Positions 37,545-51,249 of a DNA stretch of 64,000 nt are shown here, in pieces (position 1 is the first letter of the stretch; each line of letters begins with the position of its first letter). The notes beneath the pieces were generated by a model. The model was not told the DNA's origin. It worked only from the letters and a program-made list of their open reading frames with translations, and did not search any database. The DNA lies in NCBI GenBank assembly GCA_013265495.1, contig MU058636.1, positions 8,267,425 to 8,331,424 of the forward strand, written 5' to 3'. The position numbers were made by a program, and so were the translations under genes. This DNA is from Vicugna vicugna. Its lineage: Eukaryota.

Positions 37545-38650
37545 AATCCATGCATTCATTGTACAGATCTTTACTGAGTAGCTATTTGTACCAAATCTAC
37601 TCATGGGATAGTGAAGGATGACCAGGAATGAGTGAGGGCCTTGCCCAGTCCACACAGCACTGCCAGGCACTCTTCTGGGAAAAACCCCTGCTCTCACAGC
37701 ACTTACGCCCCAGTGCAGAGCAGCAGAAGACCGACCAGTGATACCCACACAGAAAGGACAGTATTTCAAGTGGGATAAGCAATGAGAATTAGCATCACGT
37801 GGCGTAGAGGGACTGAGTGACTTGAGGCAGTGCTGTTTTTTGATAGGGTGATTTGACGAGGTGAGACCTAAATTTAGTGAGAAGAGCCACTGTAGCATGT
37901 GGGTGAAGGGTGTGCCAGCCAGAGGGGAGAGCAAGTACATCGGCCACGAGGCAGGACCACGTTTGGTGGGTTGGAAAAGCCCCCCAGGAGGCCACTGTGG
38001 CTGAAGTAGGATGAGTGAGGGGCGGAGGGGGAGAAGAGTGTGGCTGAGAGGTGGCTGGTGAGATGGTGCAGGGCATCACAGGCTGAGTGAAAGGGAAGTT
38101 ATGCGAGGAGAGAACCTCATCAGAACGTGATCTGACTTGCGTTCCACGAGCACCCCAGTAGGGTGGGATGGGGGTGGGTCCAAGTGGAAGCAGGGTGAAC
38201 ATCTGGCAGCTGTTACAGTAGTGTGCCAGTGAGGATAACTTACCTGAATCAACGCTGGAGTGGGAGGAAGTGGCTGGACTCAGAATGTATTTTGAGGGCA
38301 AAGCAAGATGATTTGCTGATGAGTTGGGTATAGGATGTAGAAAAAGACAGAAGTCAAGGATGACCCCGAGATTTTATTCTGAGATGTGGAGTTATTTGCT
38401 AATAGGAATAAGACTGAAGAGAGGCAGGCTGTGGGGAGGCAGGGAATGATTAGAAATCAGTTTTGGATACATTAAGTTTGCTTACAGTCATGTGTGCACA
38501 CAAACACACACACACACACACACACACTTAAGTAGAAGTGTTTGTATGGGTAATGGATAGGTTAAGTCTGAAGTGCAGAAAAGAGGTCCAGCTGGAGTGA
38601 GAGTTGTCAGCATACAGGTGGTATTTAAGGCCATGGGACTACATTTGGCC
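37545..38650 (-). mobile_element. L2 3' region (~1.1 kb)
   Basis: cattcattgtacagatctttactgag tail, then atgtattttgagggcaaagcaagatgatttgctgatg, gaagtcaaggatgaccccgagatttt and cagttttggatacattaagtttg. Contains a (CA)n at ~38500-38527. Confidence 0.85.
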
Positions 38651-40588
38651 ACTCAAGGACCCAGAAAGTGAACTTTGCGTGACCTTCAGATGCAAAAGAC
38701 GAAGTAAAAAAGTGTGGGAAGAACACGATTTCATACTACTTTCAAGTTATTTATATCAAATCAAGATTCATTCTTATTTATTTATTTATTATATCTCATT
38801 TATTCAGTTATTCATCCACTGATGTTTGTTTAACAAATACACATTCAGTGCTCAGTCAGGCACGGTACTAGGTACTGAGGATGCAGAGAGGAACAACAGT
38901 GACATACTTGCTTGGGCAGTTCTACACTATAAAACCCATCTATAATGTACTCCAAGGTACCAAGACCATTATGATGCCAGTGATTAGCTTTTAGTAAGTA
39001 TTTTTGCCTTCAATTCCTATTTCTTCTTATTATCCTATTTGTCCCTATAGAACAATGATGAATGCCATATTGTTAGAATTGTCAGCATATATGGCTCGAA
39101 ATGCTTGCTTTGCCTGTATAGTAGATGTAGTCCTCATAATTTGAGTGGAAATAACATTTTGAAAATTCAGATTTTGAAGTTCTGAGGGGGAGTTTAGTTT
39201 TTTAAAAGTAACCTTGGTACTTTCAAATCTCAGAAAATAGCATATGCTTCTTTTGGTCTCCCAGATAGAGAATGCTGAATTTGGACTCCTTGGCTGTCTT
39301 AACTGAAATAAAATTGAGGGGAAAAATGAATTCATTGTAGTATAGGCCAGGAGTACCTGAAAATAAGTTAACTGCACATTTTCCATATAGTTTATAAAAT
39401 ATGGTTGTATGACTCATGAGACAGGCAAGCTTTAGTAAATCCACTGGGTTGAATAAACATGAGTTTCTAGAAGGGGTGGAGTTGGAGATGGAGCAGGAGG
39501 TTAACATGAAGCAAATGTGAATGACAATGTTTATTTATGATATAAAAACCTGCTGCAGTCTGATTGAGGTTGATCCATAGCCTGATCTTTTTCTCCTGTA
39601 ACTGAGGTTGTTTCCCAAGGGATAGCCAAGCTTGAGGCCAGAGTCTTGCCAGCCAGACTTTTTTTTTCCCCTGGCTTGGAGAGCCTGCCATCCACTCTAG
39701 TCCAGAAAGTGAAACATTAACGTCTCTTTGTGTGAAAGGTTATAACATTACTGGAAAGAGAAATTGGACAGATGCTCTGACCATTTTCAGACATTTACAG
39801 AACCGAAGTCCAGTTAAGACCTCTCCAGCAATAGGTCCTACTAAATAGGTCAGAAACACTTCCATCTGATTTTGGCCACAGGCCATGTATCCCTCATTAT
39901 CTGAGGTTTTAGTCAGTTCACACAGGTCACCAGTCATTTCAATGAGGGAACAGAAAAACAGCACACACATAACAAACAAAAATGGGTAAGACCGGTTTTG
40001 ATTTATTTGATTTATTTGCTTGGATCCTCATTTCAGTTCACCTGCCTGCCTGAGCAAGTTACATGTCTGCCCCTGTGGGGTCTGTGGTGGGAAATAGGTC
40101 TCCAGTCTTTCTCTCATCCGGATGATTCTGCACCATGTTGCCAGAATAATTATTCCAGCATGTTGTTAAACCTCAGAGTCACAAGCTGCGAAACTTTAGT
40201 GCCTTCCCATTGCCTGTGCAGTGAGTTTATACTTCATAGCCTGGCATTCAAAACCACCTAACGAGGTGGCCCCCAAGTACCTTTTATTTACTTAACAATT
40301 TAGTTTTTAAGTCTCTGCTATACACTAGGCATTGTGCTTAGAGCTGGACATAGAGCAATGAACTAGAGTGACCTGTCCTCATGGGACCTTATATCTACTG
40401 TGGCAAGGTAGGCATTAAACACAGTCACGCCAATGATTAATTGCAAAGTGAAAACAAGAGCACACAATGAACACATTAAAAGGACCCTTGTCTTTGGCAG
40501 TTAGGTCATTCATTGACAGTGTTCTCTTAAGAGTGCAGTTTCAGGAACAGAAGAGAGGTTTTAAAAGTATTGTTACATAAAAATGTGT

Positions 40589-41052
40589 TGTTACAGCTCG
40601 GTGTTACAGCTCAGTTGTGACAGCAACCTGGATCCGGGTGAGAGACCAAGCAGCACTTGGAGGGTTGGAGAACTCAGGTTTATTACGCCAGCAGGCCCAG
40701 AGGTGTTAACACTCCAAGCTCTGGACCTTGTCTGTAGGTTTACACTGGCTTTTATAGGCTGTCAGTTTACGCTTTGCAACATCATATGCAAATAAGGTAT
40801 AACAAAAGTTGACTAATTAGGAAAAAGCTTTGTAGAAATGGACCAATCAGGAGGGAGAGAAATAACCAATCAGGAGTAAGCTCATGGAACCAACAGAATT
40901 TTAGGGGTAAGTTCCACTTTCCTAGAAGTAAGCCATTTCAGAGGCAAAAAGTGGGATAGAGCCTCTGGGCCAGGAAACCGGATGGTGCTGGCAGGAGAGT
41001 AGTGGCCCTGCCTGGGGGTCCTGACGGTCTTTTTATGGGGCTTCCCGCCTCA
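40589..41052 (-). mobile_element. ERV (class I-like) solo LTR, well preserved
   Basis: Minus strand runs TGAGGCGGG...TAACA, with TATAAAA (40750-40756) upstream of AATAAA (40679-40684), an octamer and two CCAAT boxes. 4-bp near-TSD gtgt/gtat. Confidence 0.8.
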
Positions 41053-44000
41053 GTATAAGGGGGAATCTGTAAACACGCAGGCTTTGGAGGGAGAGGAGTA
41101 TGAATTTTGGACGCATCAGTGCCTCATTGGTCTATAAGGCCTAATTCTGGCTGTATTCCCTGACATTTCCTTGGAGACAGTGTATGCCTTTCTTCCATTG
41201 TTTAGCAGTTACACTGGAAATATTGCTTTTCTGAAAACTGTTCACAGTATGGGACAAAATAAATCTCAAGTTCTGCTACACAAGCTGGGGTGGGTGGGAC
41301 TGTCACTTTCCCAGCAACCCCCAGTTCCTAGAATACTTGAGTCTTGGCACTGAATGTGCCTGTTGTCAGAACACTGGGTGTGTACTGTCTTAAGTCAATA
41401 CATCAAGTGCTTTTGCTCTTAAGTAAGGAATCCCCTTGAATCACTCTAATATAGCTGACCAACTTGCTGTAAGATGTATGCTTTCACATGTTATTATACT
41501 ATTTGCGAAGAAAATTTCTGGCTCCTTAACACGATCATCAATAAAATCTTACCAGTTGGGCAATGGAGAATCTATGTATCTATGGTGAGACAGTTGGACC
41601 TCGTAGTTCCTATTCTTACTCTGCTGTGAGGTACCTTCTTTGGGGATTTCACCCTAATTAATGCCATTGTGACCTTAGGGGATGTGGCTCTGGACTAACA
41701 GATACTACCCAGATGAGAGCAGGATGGAACATTAAAATAAGGCATTACTAAATGCTTAGTGTAAACAAAAGGGGGACTAACCAGAGAGCGGCACACGCCT
41801 AGAGAAAATGCTTTCCAAGACAGGTTCTCTCAACCTCACTGGTAATTTCCTGCAGCGGTGACCCTCTCTCACCTAGAATTCAACTTGTTCAATAAATGGG
41901 TAGCGTTAAGGATCAAAGGCACCCTCTGTCCTGCAGAGTCAGTTGAATTCTAGGTGCAAAAGGACAACAAGTTATTCTTTCTCACCAACTCTCCGCTAAG
42001 CTTGCTTTGTCAGATAGCTCCTTCACTGTGACTGGGGCGTGGCCAAGTGCAGTCATGTTTCTGGTTATTGTTAAGCAAGAAAAGGCCCACTTCAGTGTAG
42101 TTGCATTATCTCACTCTGCAGTGCAGGTTCAAGTTTTCCTCTTTCCCCAGCTCAGGCATGTCTCAGGCTTCAGAGACCGCAGTTGCACGGGGTTACTAAC
42201 GTCAGGGTCTCTTCTGTTGTTTCATTTCCTCTACTCATTCTCCATCGTTCTGTATGACACATGGCTCTTCTGGGTTCAGCGCAGGAGAGGGAGGAGACGT
42301 AATTGTGGAAAGTCTTACTTGAAGTGAATCTGGTGTCAATGCCCTCTGGATGTTGCTAATTCAAAATGATGACTGTTACTGTTGCTGCTATTGTTGTTAT
42401 GGGGGCTTTTGTGATTCTTTCGAGGACCCGCTCTCAGTTCCTTTGACATAGGAGCTACTTCCTATTGTTAATTGCTTGCAGTCTTCCTCCAAGGCCTCTG
42501 GATTCTGATGGCTGGGTCTGAGGATCCCTGCTGGGTGCCCCCATGCCTCCAGGCTTTCCTCTTCATCAGTCCCTCTCAGGATGACTCAGTCCAGCTTCGT
42601 TCTTTGGAGTCCACATCCAACCCTAGGATAGCTCACCCAGCCTGGAGTGTACAGGCCATTCCCACCTCAGCCCCCTCTCCTTGAGCTAACATCTCAGGAC
42701 AACCGGTTGACCTATAGTACCTTTCTTTTCAGGAACGAGACTAATTTTAGCCCCCTTGTCTGTCAAATTTCAGAGAATGCAAAGCAAGTTATCCAAAGTA
42801 GTTCTGTTCCGTGGCTTGAGAGAAGAGGGAGACATGCCATTTCCTCTCCCTTGGAAGAAGAAACTAAAAAAGCACCACATCCTGACAATCTCTGCCAAGG
42901 AAACCTCACTATCACCGTACTCAGACTCTTTAAAACTTCTCAAATAATTTTGCCTTCTTTATTCATTTAGCCTGGAGGTGGGTGATGCCTGAGGCTAGTA
43001 AATCTACTTTAAATCACCTTGCATAGGTGACTCAACTCTTGCTTTAAGATATGAAGTTACTTTGTATTTATTTTTTTACTTCTTTCTTATCTGAAACGCT
43101 GAGAAAACAGAAAAATGTTACATTTAAACATCCTGTTTCATTGTCCAGATGTATTTCTTTTTTTTTTTTGTTTTGTCCAGATGTATTTCAACATGAGTCT
43201 AGATTTCATAAAGTCCAAAGTCCGGTCAGGGGAGGCCCTCGAAGAGATGCAATGCCTCTCTCTTGCCTATTTAACTGTCTCCTGCCTGTTCAGAACTAGC
43301 TGAAGTTCTGACAGTTTGTCCATGGATCTGCTTCTTCTTCCTTGAACCCTGTGAGGAATGCCCTCTCTTCTGGGAGACTCTGGTGCCTTTCTTTCCACAT
43401 TGCTCTTTCCTTTAAAGTCTCAGCAGGACAGTGGAGTCAGAATACAATGCAGTAAAACTCACGGGTGTGCAAAAACACAATAGCAACTGTTCTCTTGTTA
43501 GAGTGATGTCTGTCTTGCCTGTTGGCTGGTTCATCCATCTTCATGAGGTTTGGCTGTGGTTAAGGCTATAGCATATTGCCTTGGAATAGCATGAACAAAG
43601 CTGACTGGTTCACAAAGGGATTGCAGCTGGCCTCATAATTCTCTAACAGAGCCAGCCAGAAACAGCCTTCTCGTAAGGGAATACATTATCCTTACTTCAT
43701 GGTTGGATTCAAGACAAAAAAAAAATTTTTTTTTAAATCTAATTAGTTTCTAACAAATTGCCAACGTTTAAAAACAACAGTCTATCTTAAAAGATTAATG
43801 TGTTTGGAGATGCTTTTTAAGAAAAGGGACATGGAAAGTACTTTCGTGGAACAAACTGTTTCATAGTCTGTAGCATTTGACCAGTATCCTAACATTCTAG
43901 ATAAATGAAGGAATTAATCCTCCCACCTGTATGTACCCAAGTTTCCCAAGATATGATTTTTCCATTGGCACTTCCAAACATTGACATTGAGTTATTGCTG

Positions 44001-44999
44001 TGTTGTGATAATATGTTGGGAAATTTTGTCCCTAAGACTTGAAACTTCTGAAATCAGTTGTATCCTTTCTGTTAGTCAAAGTATATGTCTCTACATTCTG
44101 GGCAGAGGAAATTATGTATCTTCCTAATGCTCACATGCATAGATTTAGCTGGGAAATTTTATACTGCAGTGCTTCAAGAACTGTTTCTATGTTCATGCTA
44201 GCAATACATTTTCACTTGTCTCATTTGGAGGAAAAAAAAGCAGGCCAGATTCCAGTTACTGCAGCTTAGCTTTGTATTTCCTGCCTTTCTTCACTTCAGT
44301 GTCTCCCACAGTGGAGTCCCAGTGCCCTTCACCCACAAGCTCGGCCTCAGATGAATTCCCAAATAGATCCAGCCGTATGATAGACCCTGGACGCACAATT
44401 CAGAGATCCAGAATTGAGCCTGGTCCCCTCTGTGGTTCTGCTGCAATCCTCCTTCCTCCTTCTGTTTTTGTCCATTTGATGAGTAGGTGCCTCGTTGGTT
44501 CCTCAGGGGCTTGACACGCTGCCTAACTTTCCAGTGAGCCCTGCCTTAAGCCCTGACCACTGCTATTGGACCCACATCCTTCACAGCCTTATTAACGGCT
44601 CAGAACTAAGGCCCGGCCTGTTCCCTGTGTTGAGACTTGCTTGTGGAACCTCTAGGACCCCCCAGACTGGATGAGATCCCATTCATATTAATAATATGCA
44701 AACCACATCTGAATTCAACTTGTCCCCAACAGCTATTTTTGGAGAGTTTATTCTCTGCTCCCTCCCTTTATTCTCTGCCCCATGCTTCTACGATTCCAGA
44801 ACACTTGTGTCTGAGCTCTGGCAATTGAGGGAGGCACTATAAAATCATCGTTAGCATAGCATATCTGGAATTTCTAAGGGTTTGGCAGATGTGGGTAAGG
44901 AAGTCTCAATGACAAAAGGGAATAAAATAGGTTGAAAAAATACTGTTTGATGGTCAGTGTGTTTTGGTAGAAAGGACAAAAGAACAAAAGAATAATCTG

Positions 45000-45185
45000 C
45001 TGTCAGACAGATCTGGGTTTGGATTTCTAGTGCCAGTTTCTAATTTTGTGAGCTTGGGAAAGTTATTTTGCTACATTGAACTCCAATTTCTTCATCTGTC
45101 AAAAGGAGGCTTATAATGGCTAACTACTACCATGACCAGTATGAGAATTAAATAATTACAGCACGAGCTCATCACTTTCAGTGAT
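45000..45185 (+). mobile_element. MIR SINE
   Basis: gtcagacagatctgggtttggat...ttgggaaagttat...caatttcttcatctgtcaaa. Confidence 0.75.
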
Positions 45186-45234
45186 CATGTGTAAGATGTA
45201 TAATAAATCCCTGTCCTGGTGCTAACCTGAAGCG

Positions 45235-45400
45235 TGGTCTGCAGCGGTGTCCTTGGAACTCAGATTTTCGTTCTCACCTATTCAATATTTTTACCAATGA
45301 CTTAGATGGTGACATGCTTGTAAGATATTTACATGAGATGGAAACAGGAACAGGTGATATAGTTAACAAAGTTAGAGTGGAATAATTAGAATTTTGAAGG
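45235..45400 (+). mobile_element. L3/CR1 reverse-transcriptase remnant
   Basis: ctattcaatatttttaccaatgacttagat translates as LFNIFTNDLD, matching the CR1 RT motif LFNIFINDLD. Confidence 0.65.
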
Positions 45401-45713
45401 AAAGAGGTCTTGGTTTGCAGAGGGAGGAGAGGTGGAGAAGTTACATGGAAGTGACAACACTGTTATTTACGATTACTGGCTTATTGAAGATTTTCATTAT
45501 ACTCTTTGGGTATATAAGCATGAAATGGGTTTATTTCTTCCAATCCTGGCCCCCAACTCTGTTAGTCAACCTTTTCCCCCCTGCTAAATGGTAGGTCCCA
45601 TAAGAGCATCTTGGGCGCCAGTACAAATATATAAAAATGAATTACTTCTTTGGAGAAAGCCAAGTTTCAGCAGGCGGGATCAAGGAGGGTCTCTGTCAGA
45701 AGGTGTTGAGAGG

Positions 45714-46259
45714 TGTTATATAAATGAGGCAAACGTGGCCGCTGTATATTGGCCCCCAGGTTATTTATTTCTTCCCTGCGGGCCGAGACCTGTTAACTCA
45801 GAAGCCCAGTGGTGCCAAACTCAAACGTTCCCACATCCAGTTATTTAAAACAGCCATACAAGCAGATTTTTAGCCAGTCAGAGTCTGCCTGTTTTGCCTA
45901 CCCTGCAAAATCTTGCCCCAGACAGTTGCTAGCAATAGATAAGCCCCAGGCATAAACACCCAGAGCTGCAGCTGCCCTCTGGAACTCTCTAACCCAGAGA
46001 CTCCCCACCTTGTGAGCAATACCACCTAGACGGGAGCGCCCCCTCCGATCTCTTTGTCCGTCAGGAGTTCCTTTGCCTTCCTCCTCTTCTGCATGGGGAC
46101 CCCTGCACCATACCCTCTGGACAGACTGTACTGTGAAGGATCTCACCCACATGCAAACCTGTCCAAGCATCACCCAGTAAAGCTTGCTATGGGTTCCTGC
46201 CTCCCGGGGTCATGTCTTTTTTTCCTGATCAGCAACCAAATCCTTCCAACTCCTTTACC
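45714..46259 (+). mobile_element. ERVL solo LTR (MER74-like)
   Basis: Starts tgttatataaatgaggca; poly(A)-signal-like agtaaagctt near 46177; ends ccaaatccttccaactcctttac. Confidence 0.65.
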
Positions 46260-46289
46260 TCTGAAGGAAAGGTAGGAGAATAAACAAGT

Positions 46290-47030
46290 TAGCTAGTGAA
46301 GGAACTGTATGTTATGCTGAGATGTTGGGGTATTGTCTGCAAGGATTGCAAGCAAGAGAGAGCATGTGCCCCTTTATATTTTACGAGGTTCTCTCTGGCT
46401 GTGGTGTGGAGAAGGGCTACAAGGGGGCAGGCATGGAGACAGAGATACCGGTGTCATAATTGTGAGGAAGAACACCAAAGACCCAAAACTAAGAAGAAGC
46501 CGTGCGTAGGATTTCGTGGCCAACTGGAGGTTGGGGGTGGGTGGGTAAAAGAGAATGACAAATTAAAGTGACTTCAAGATTTCTGGCTTGGGTACCTAAA
46601 AGTTGGTGCTGTCATTAATCCTGGAAGAGCCAGTAAGGGAAAGAGTGGATGTGAGAAGGGTGATCGGTTCAGCTTACGGTCAGGGGTTTCATCAGAAGAG
46701 GGAGTTGAGTCTTTTGGAGAGACAGGATCTTCTTGGAAGGGTGGATAGAGTGAAGTGTTAAGGAGACTGAAGACAGAAAGTTAGGAAATGCTAGGATTTA
46801 AGAAACCTGCTGAAGAAGATTTGAGTCCAAAAATGAGGCTGGAAAGGAAGGGTGTGTGAGAGAGGGAGACACAGAATATTCTGAGTGCTGTTGCAGAAGC
46901 CAATGGTGGAATATTTCAGAAAGGAGCAGTTATCAGTAACAGGTCAAATGCCAAAGAGTTCAAATCACAGATGCACTGGAAATTATCCATGGAATTTTGG
47001 CAACCTTGAGGATAGGGACTTGTTTGAGAG
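46290..47030 (-). mobile_element. L2 fragment
   Basis: gacttcaagatttctggcttggg, tggtgctgtcattaa and gtcaaatgccaaagag motifs. Confidence 0.7.
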
Positions 47031-50000
47031 AGAGAATTTGTATCTTTGATTACTGCACCAAGAAATAGACGTTACATGATTAACATTCATGAATAATGAT
47101 GAGAGATGTGAATAACTGTTAATATATTATGTAATTGAAGTGGTTACATCAACCATGTGAAGTAAGAATCACATGGTGGTAAGCTAATGGAAATGTATAA
47201 TGTAGTGCATCTGAGAAAATAGCGCTCATGTACTGATTCATCTGAACTCTGCATTTGACCTGGTAAATTTAAAATCCCCTGGTGACATGAGACAATATGG
47301 AAAACAGGTGCTACTTTCATTCATAGTAACATATGTGCCTAATTATGATTATGGCCGTAAAATGTGTTTGAAAGAAGAATTTTCCCCAAGAGTGCGTAAT
47401 GTTTTACACATGTAATTGTTGCTATAGATATTTGTTTTATTAATTTTCAGACTTTATGTTTAAACAATAAAAATTGCAGTAATAATTTTTCTTCTTAATG
47501 CCCTTGCTGTATTAAACTATTTACATATAGTCATCTTACGTCAAATGATACTGTAGTACGCGTTTTCTTCCCAAAGAACAATATGTAGATAACATTCCCC
47601 AGAAATACCTTATCATTATGTTTCCAGCTGTTTTCCTTCACTCAGCGTTTTAGTTCCAGTAAATATTTCCCTTGCACTTGAAAGAAGTGCTCTGGACTGT
47701 ATCTGCATGTCAGTTACAAACCACTTCTTAGTTCTGATTTTTCGTGAGGGAGGAGAGTGGAATCATATAAACCAGAAAAATCAAACCACCAAAGTTAAGT
47801 AACAGGGGGTTAATAGGGATGCGTTGTTACCGTGGCCTTCCTAGAGTATTCTTCCTCTCTGCTCCCTACCCTCATTCCTCATTCTTTAACTTGCAGATCT
47901 TTATTTAGTCTTTAAAACAATACAACCATTCTGTTTTCCCTGTAGCGTCTACCTTGTCTCATGTGGGTGGTGCTGACTGCCCTATTCTTATGCATATCAA
48001 TACACTCACCAAGTTGTTTTGCTGGTATCTTTCTCTCAACTGTGAGCACTTTGTCTTTTCAAAATACATGTCAACATTTGCCAAAAGTAAAGGAAATATC
48101 CAGTTTAACTATTTTAAATAAAATCTTTTGATCTTAGTTGCTTCTGTTATCCTGTACAATGACACTTGTAAATAGCAATGAATAGCACTTAAGATTTAAA
48201 TTCCAGGGTAACAGATGGACTGAGCGATGTATGAGTTAAGAATGCAGTTTATGATCTTCATTATAAATCTGAAGAACAATCAACTCTTACTTCTTTTAAT
48301 TAAGTTTCTGCAAATACTTATTTCCAGAAGCAGTTTTTAATGAGTTTCTGTATATGACTTGACATGTGGAAATAAAAAAAAACATGCTGCGCTCATTATT
48401 ACCATTTTAAAATTCTGGATAGGTGTTTTTGGAACTAAACAAGGCAAGATATTAGAATCACATTTAAAACTCGAATCCTCTTTAGCCTGTGACAGTTTGT
48501 CCTCCATATCCCACGTAGCTGTCTTTACATAAATGTGTTTACTTGGTCTGGAAATAACCTCAGGTGTTACTTCTTACCTTCTAGATGTCAGGACTTGACT
48601 GCAGAAAATTCTTCCACTGAGAACCTTCACCCTGCACTGGGACAGTCGAATGGTTATACCATTTTGTTGCAGCTTTTGTTGTTGTTAAAGATAAACAAAA
48701 AGAAGTTTGTACATGAGTTCAATTTTCAAGAAATGAGAGAATTCTACAGGAATTATCTGCTATCAGTATTCATTAAGCTTGAGCCACACAGAATTGCTAA
48801 ATGTTTTTTCCTCAAGGTCCGTTTTCAAAGCGGGTAATAATTTTGGCCAACATGCTTTATGTTTTACAAACTAATGCAGCAAACCAAGCCAATGATAACT
48901 TTCTGTTAAGTCAATCAATGCTGCCAGTCTTCAAAATAAAACTTTGCACTTTTGTTCACAACATATGTGGTGATCATAACACATTTCCCTTCCTCTAAGC
49001 CCTATGATTAGTAACAAAAGGCTTTTCTATTGTCGTGGAACAATACATAGGAGCTTATGTAAATTCTGAATCATGAAAGAGAATAAATCCGCAAGCTGTG
49101 TTTTTAAAGGCACATGGAACACACTCACCAGTTCAGCATGGATGAGGTTCAGGTGCTAAACAGATTTTGATTGAAGAAACAGTTTAAACTTAGAGTAGGT
49201 AACTAAAGATTGAATTGAAATAAAAAAAAAAAATAGTGAGGGAGTGTCGTAAGTGATTTTTTTCTTGCCTTAGCGAGGAGGAGGACCTCAGTGTAAGATG
49301 TGGTGAAATGTTTCCTTTTTCGGTGCCAGCAACGGGGAGACCTGGCTTCCAGGCAAACTGTTTGGGGCACAGGGTGTAAGTGGGAATCACAGCGCCTCCT
49401 GCATTTGCTGCCCAAAGAGGGTCTTCGCCAAGCCTTTAAGGTCCTAGGTGAGAAAATGAGTATCTTACGTGGAGAAATCAATTCATGTTAAGAGCCATCC
49501 TTTACACTGTGATTATGATCTTTTTAGTGTTTGGTCGGATGTGTGGTTTCTTTGTGAAGTGAGGGTCATCAGCGGATGCCTGGGTGCTTGTGTGTAGTTT
49601 TTCTCTCCTCTTCCTTCTTCTCTGTTTTTCTTTCTTCTTCCTCCTTGTTTGAATCTGTCTTTGTACATCCTAACCCGGCAAAATAAAAATTTGCATCATG
49701 TCAGGTCACTATTTTTCTTTCTTCCAATATTTTACTGGTTCATGAATTTAAAAGCATGGAAATCTCTGATCTACTGTATAGTAATGGGTTCTGAAATAGC
49801 TCAGATGGAATTATATTGTTTTGCCTCTAATTGGATGTGTGGACTTACTTATATGACAATGTTATCTGTGAAAAAATAAAATATATACCTCCTCAGGATT
49901 GATCTGAGAAATAGATAGGATCATACGATAGAGCACTTTGCAAGAGGTGTGGCTCAACGTCAGTCAACAGGAATGTTAGTTTCCCTTCCTTTTTCTAGTG

Positions 50001-50249
50001 GCAAAGGGAACAGTAAATTTCTTAACGTGGTCAGTGTGAATCAGTACAAGTATACTACATAGAGAGATTCATAGTATAAACTGCCTAATGGTTAAGAGCT
50101 TGACATTCTTTTCAGATAACCTGGTTCAGTTTAGGTCCTGACTCCACCACTTTTAAATTTCATAACCTTGAGTGAATTACTTAACTTCTTACAGCCTGAG
50201 TGAGCTCACTGGGAAATTGGGACAACAATAACACTCATTTACAGAAGAA

Positions 50250-50835
50250 ACAAATAACTGAGTCCATCCTAATCGGAACTAATTCCATCTTCTTTCCAAC
50301 CCACACCATCTTTTGGGGAAACTTCTTTACTCGTAACCCCAGGGTGGTTTTGGTGATGAGAGCTAAGGATGACCTCACTCCCAAGCAGTAAGACTGAACA
50401 TTTGACCCAGGCTACCCAGTTGTGACATTTCATCACTCTGGCCACAGGGATGCCCTGGAGTCCCAAGCAGAGGGCCAATAATAGACTCTCTGGCACTTTT
50501 CCCATATAGAACTGGTGGGGAAATGTCCTCTGATCTAGTTGCTGAAGAATGTGATTCCAGGGAAAGCTTGTGTTTATGTTCTTTATAATATGGAGCAAGT
50601 CTCACCCAAGTAAAAGAAAAAGCAAGTGACCTTTAGAAATAGAGAGACAGCAAGAGAATGTACAATGACAGTGATGGAGCTCTCTTCTTGTCCTGAGGTC
50701 TCCACCCCTACCCTTGTTCCTGTGGCTCTTCTTCAGTCCTGAGTTATGACAGCATCCTTCCAACGAACCCACAGTTGATTAAGCTAGTGCTCTCTGAATT
50801 TTAGACATTTGCTCCCAAAGTGTCCCGACTGATAG
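50250..50835 (+). mobile_element. ERVL LTR (LTR33-like) inserted into a MIR
   Basis: catttgacccaggct...ctggccacagggatg...ttaagctagt...ttgctcccaaagtgtcccgactgata. MIR halves lie at ~50080-50240 and ~50840-50885. Confidence 0.55.
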
Positions 50836-50919
50836 ATGAGTTCCTATACTAGTTTTGAGGATTACATAATGTAATGCATCCATAAGATGACAGATGCCAC
50901 ATGCTAGCAAAATGAGAAG

Positions 50920-51170
50920 ACAGTATAACGGTTAACAGCAGGGGCTTGGGGACACATTGCCTGGGTGCAGATTTCACCTTCACCACTTACTAGGTTGTGA
51001 CCTTGGGCTAATTACTTTGTATACCTTTGACTCACTGTCCACCTTTGTAAAATGGATTAATGGCAGTACCAACCTCATTTTTTATTTTGTTTTCTACATT
51101 AAATATGTTAATATTTGTAAAGTGCTTAGGCCAATGACTGGCAATAATAATTATATATGTGTATTTAAAT
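50920..51170 (+). mobile_element. MIR SINE
   Basis: ccacttactaggttgtgaccttgggctaattactt...tgtaaaatgg...tgtaaagtgcttag. Confidence 0.8.
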
Positions 51171-51249
51171 AAATGACTAAAAATAAATAATGATATGAAA
51201 GCAATCAACCAAGTGCCCAGGTCAGTGTAAACACCCAGGGACTCACTAG

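Noticed and set aside
37503..38301. 145-aa and 168-aa minus-strand ORFs
   Set aside because: They lie in a GC-rich L2 fragment and have no recognisable protein motifs or splice context.
46030..46050. CTCF-like GGAGGGGGCGCT
   Set aside because: Only the 3' half of the motif matches and it lies inside an LTR.
48570..48650. Possible minus-strand exon with an AG|GTAAGA donor at ~48577
   Set aside because: The acceptor is weak and ambiguous, and nothing else supports it.
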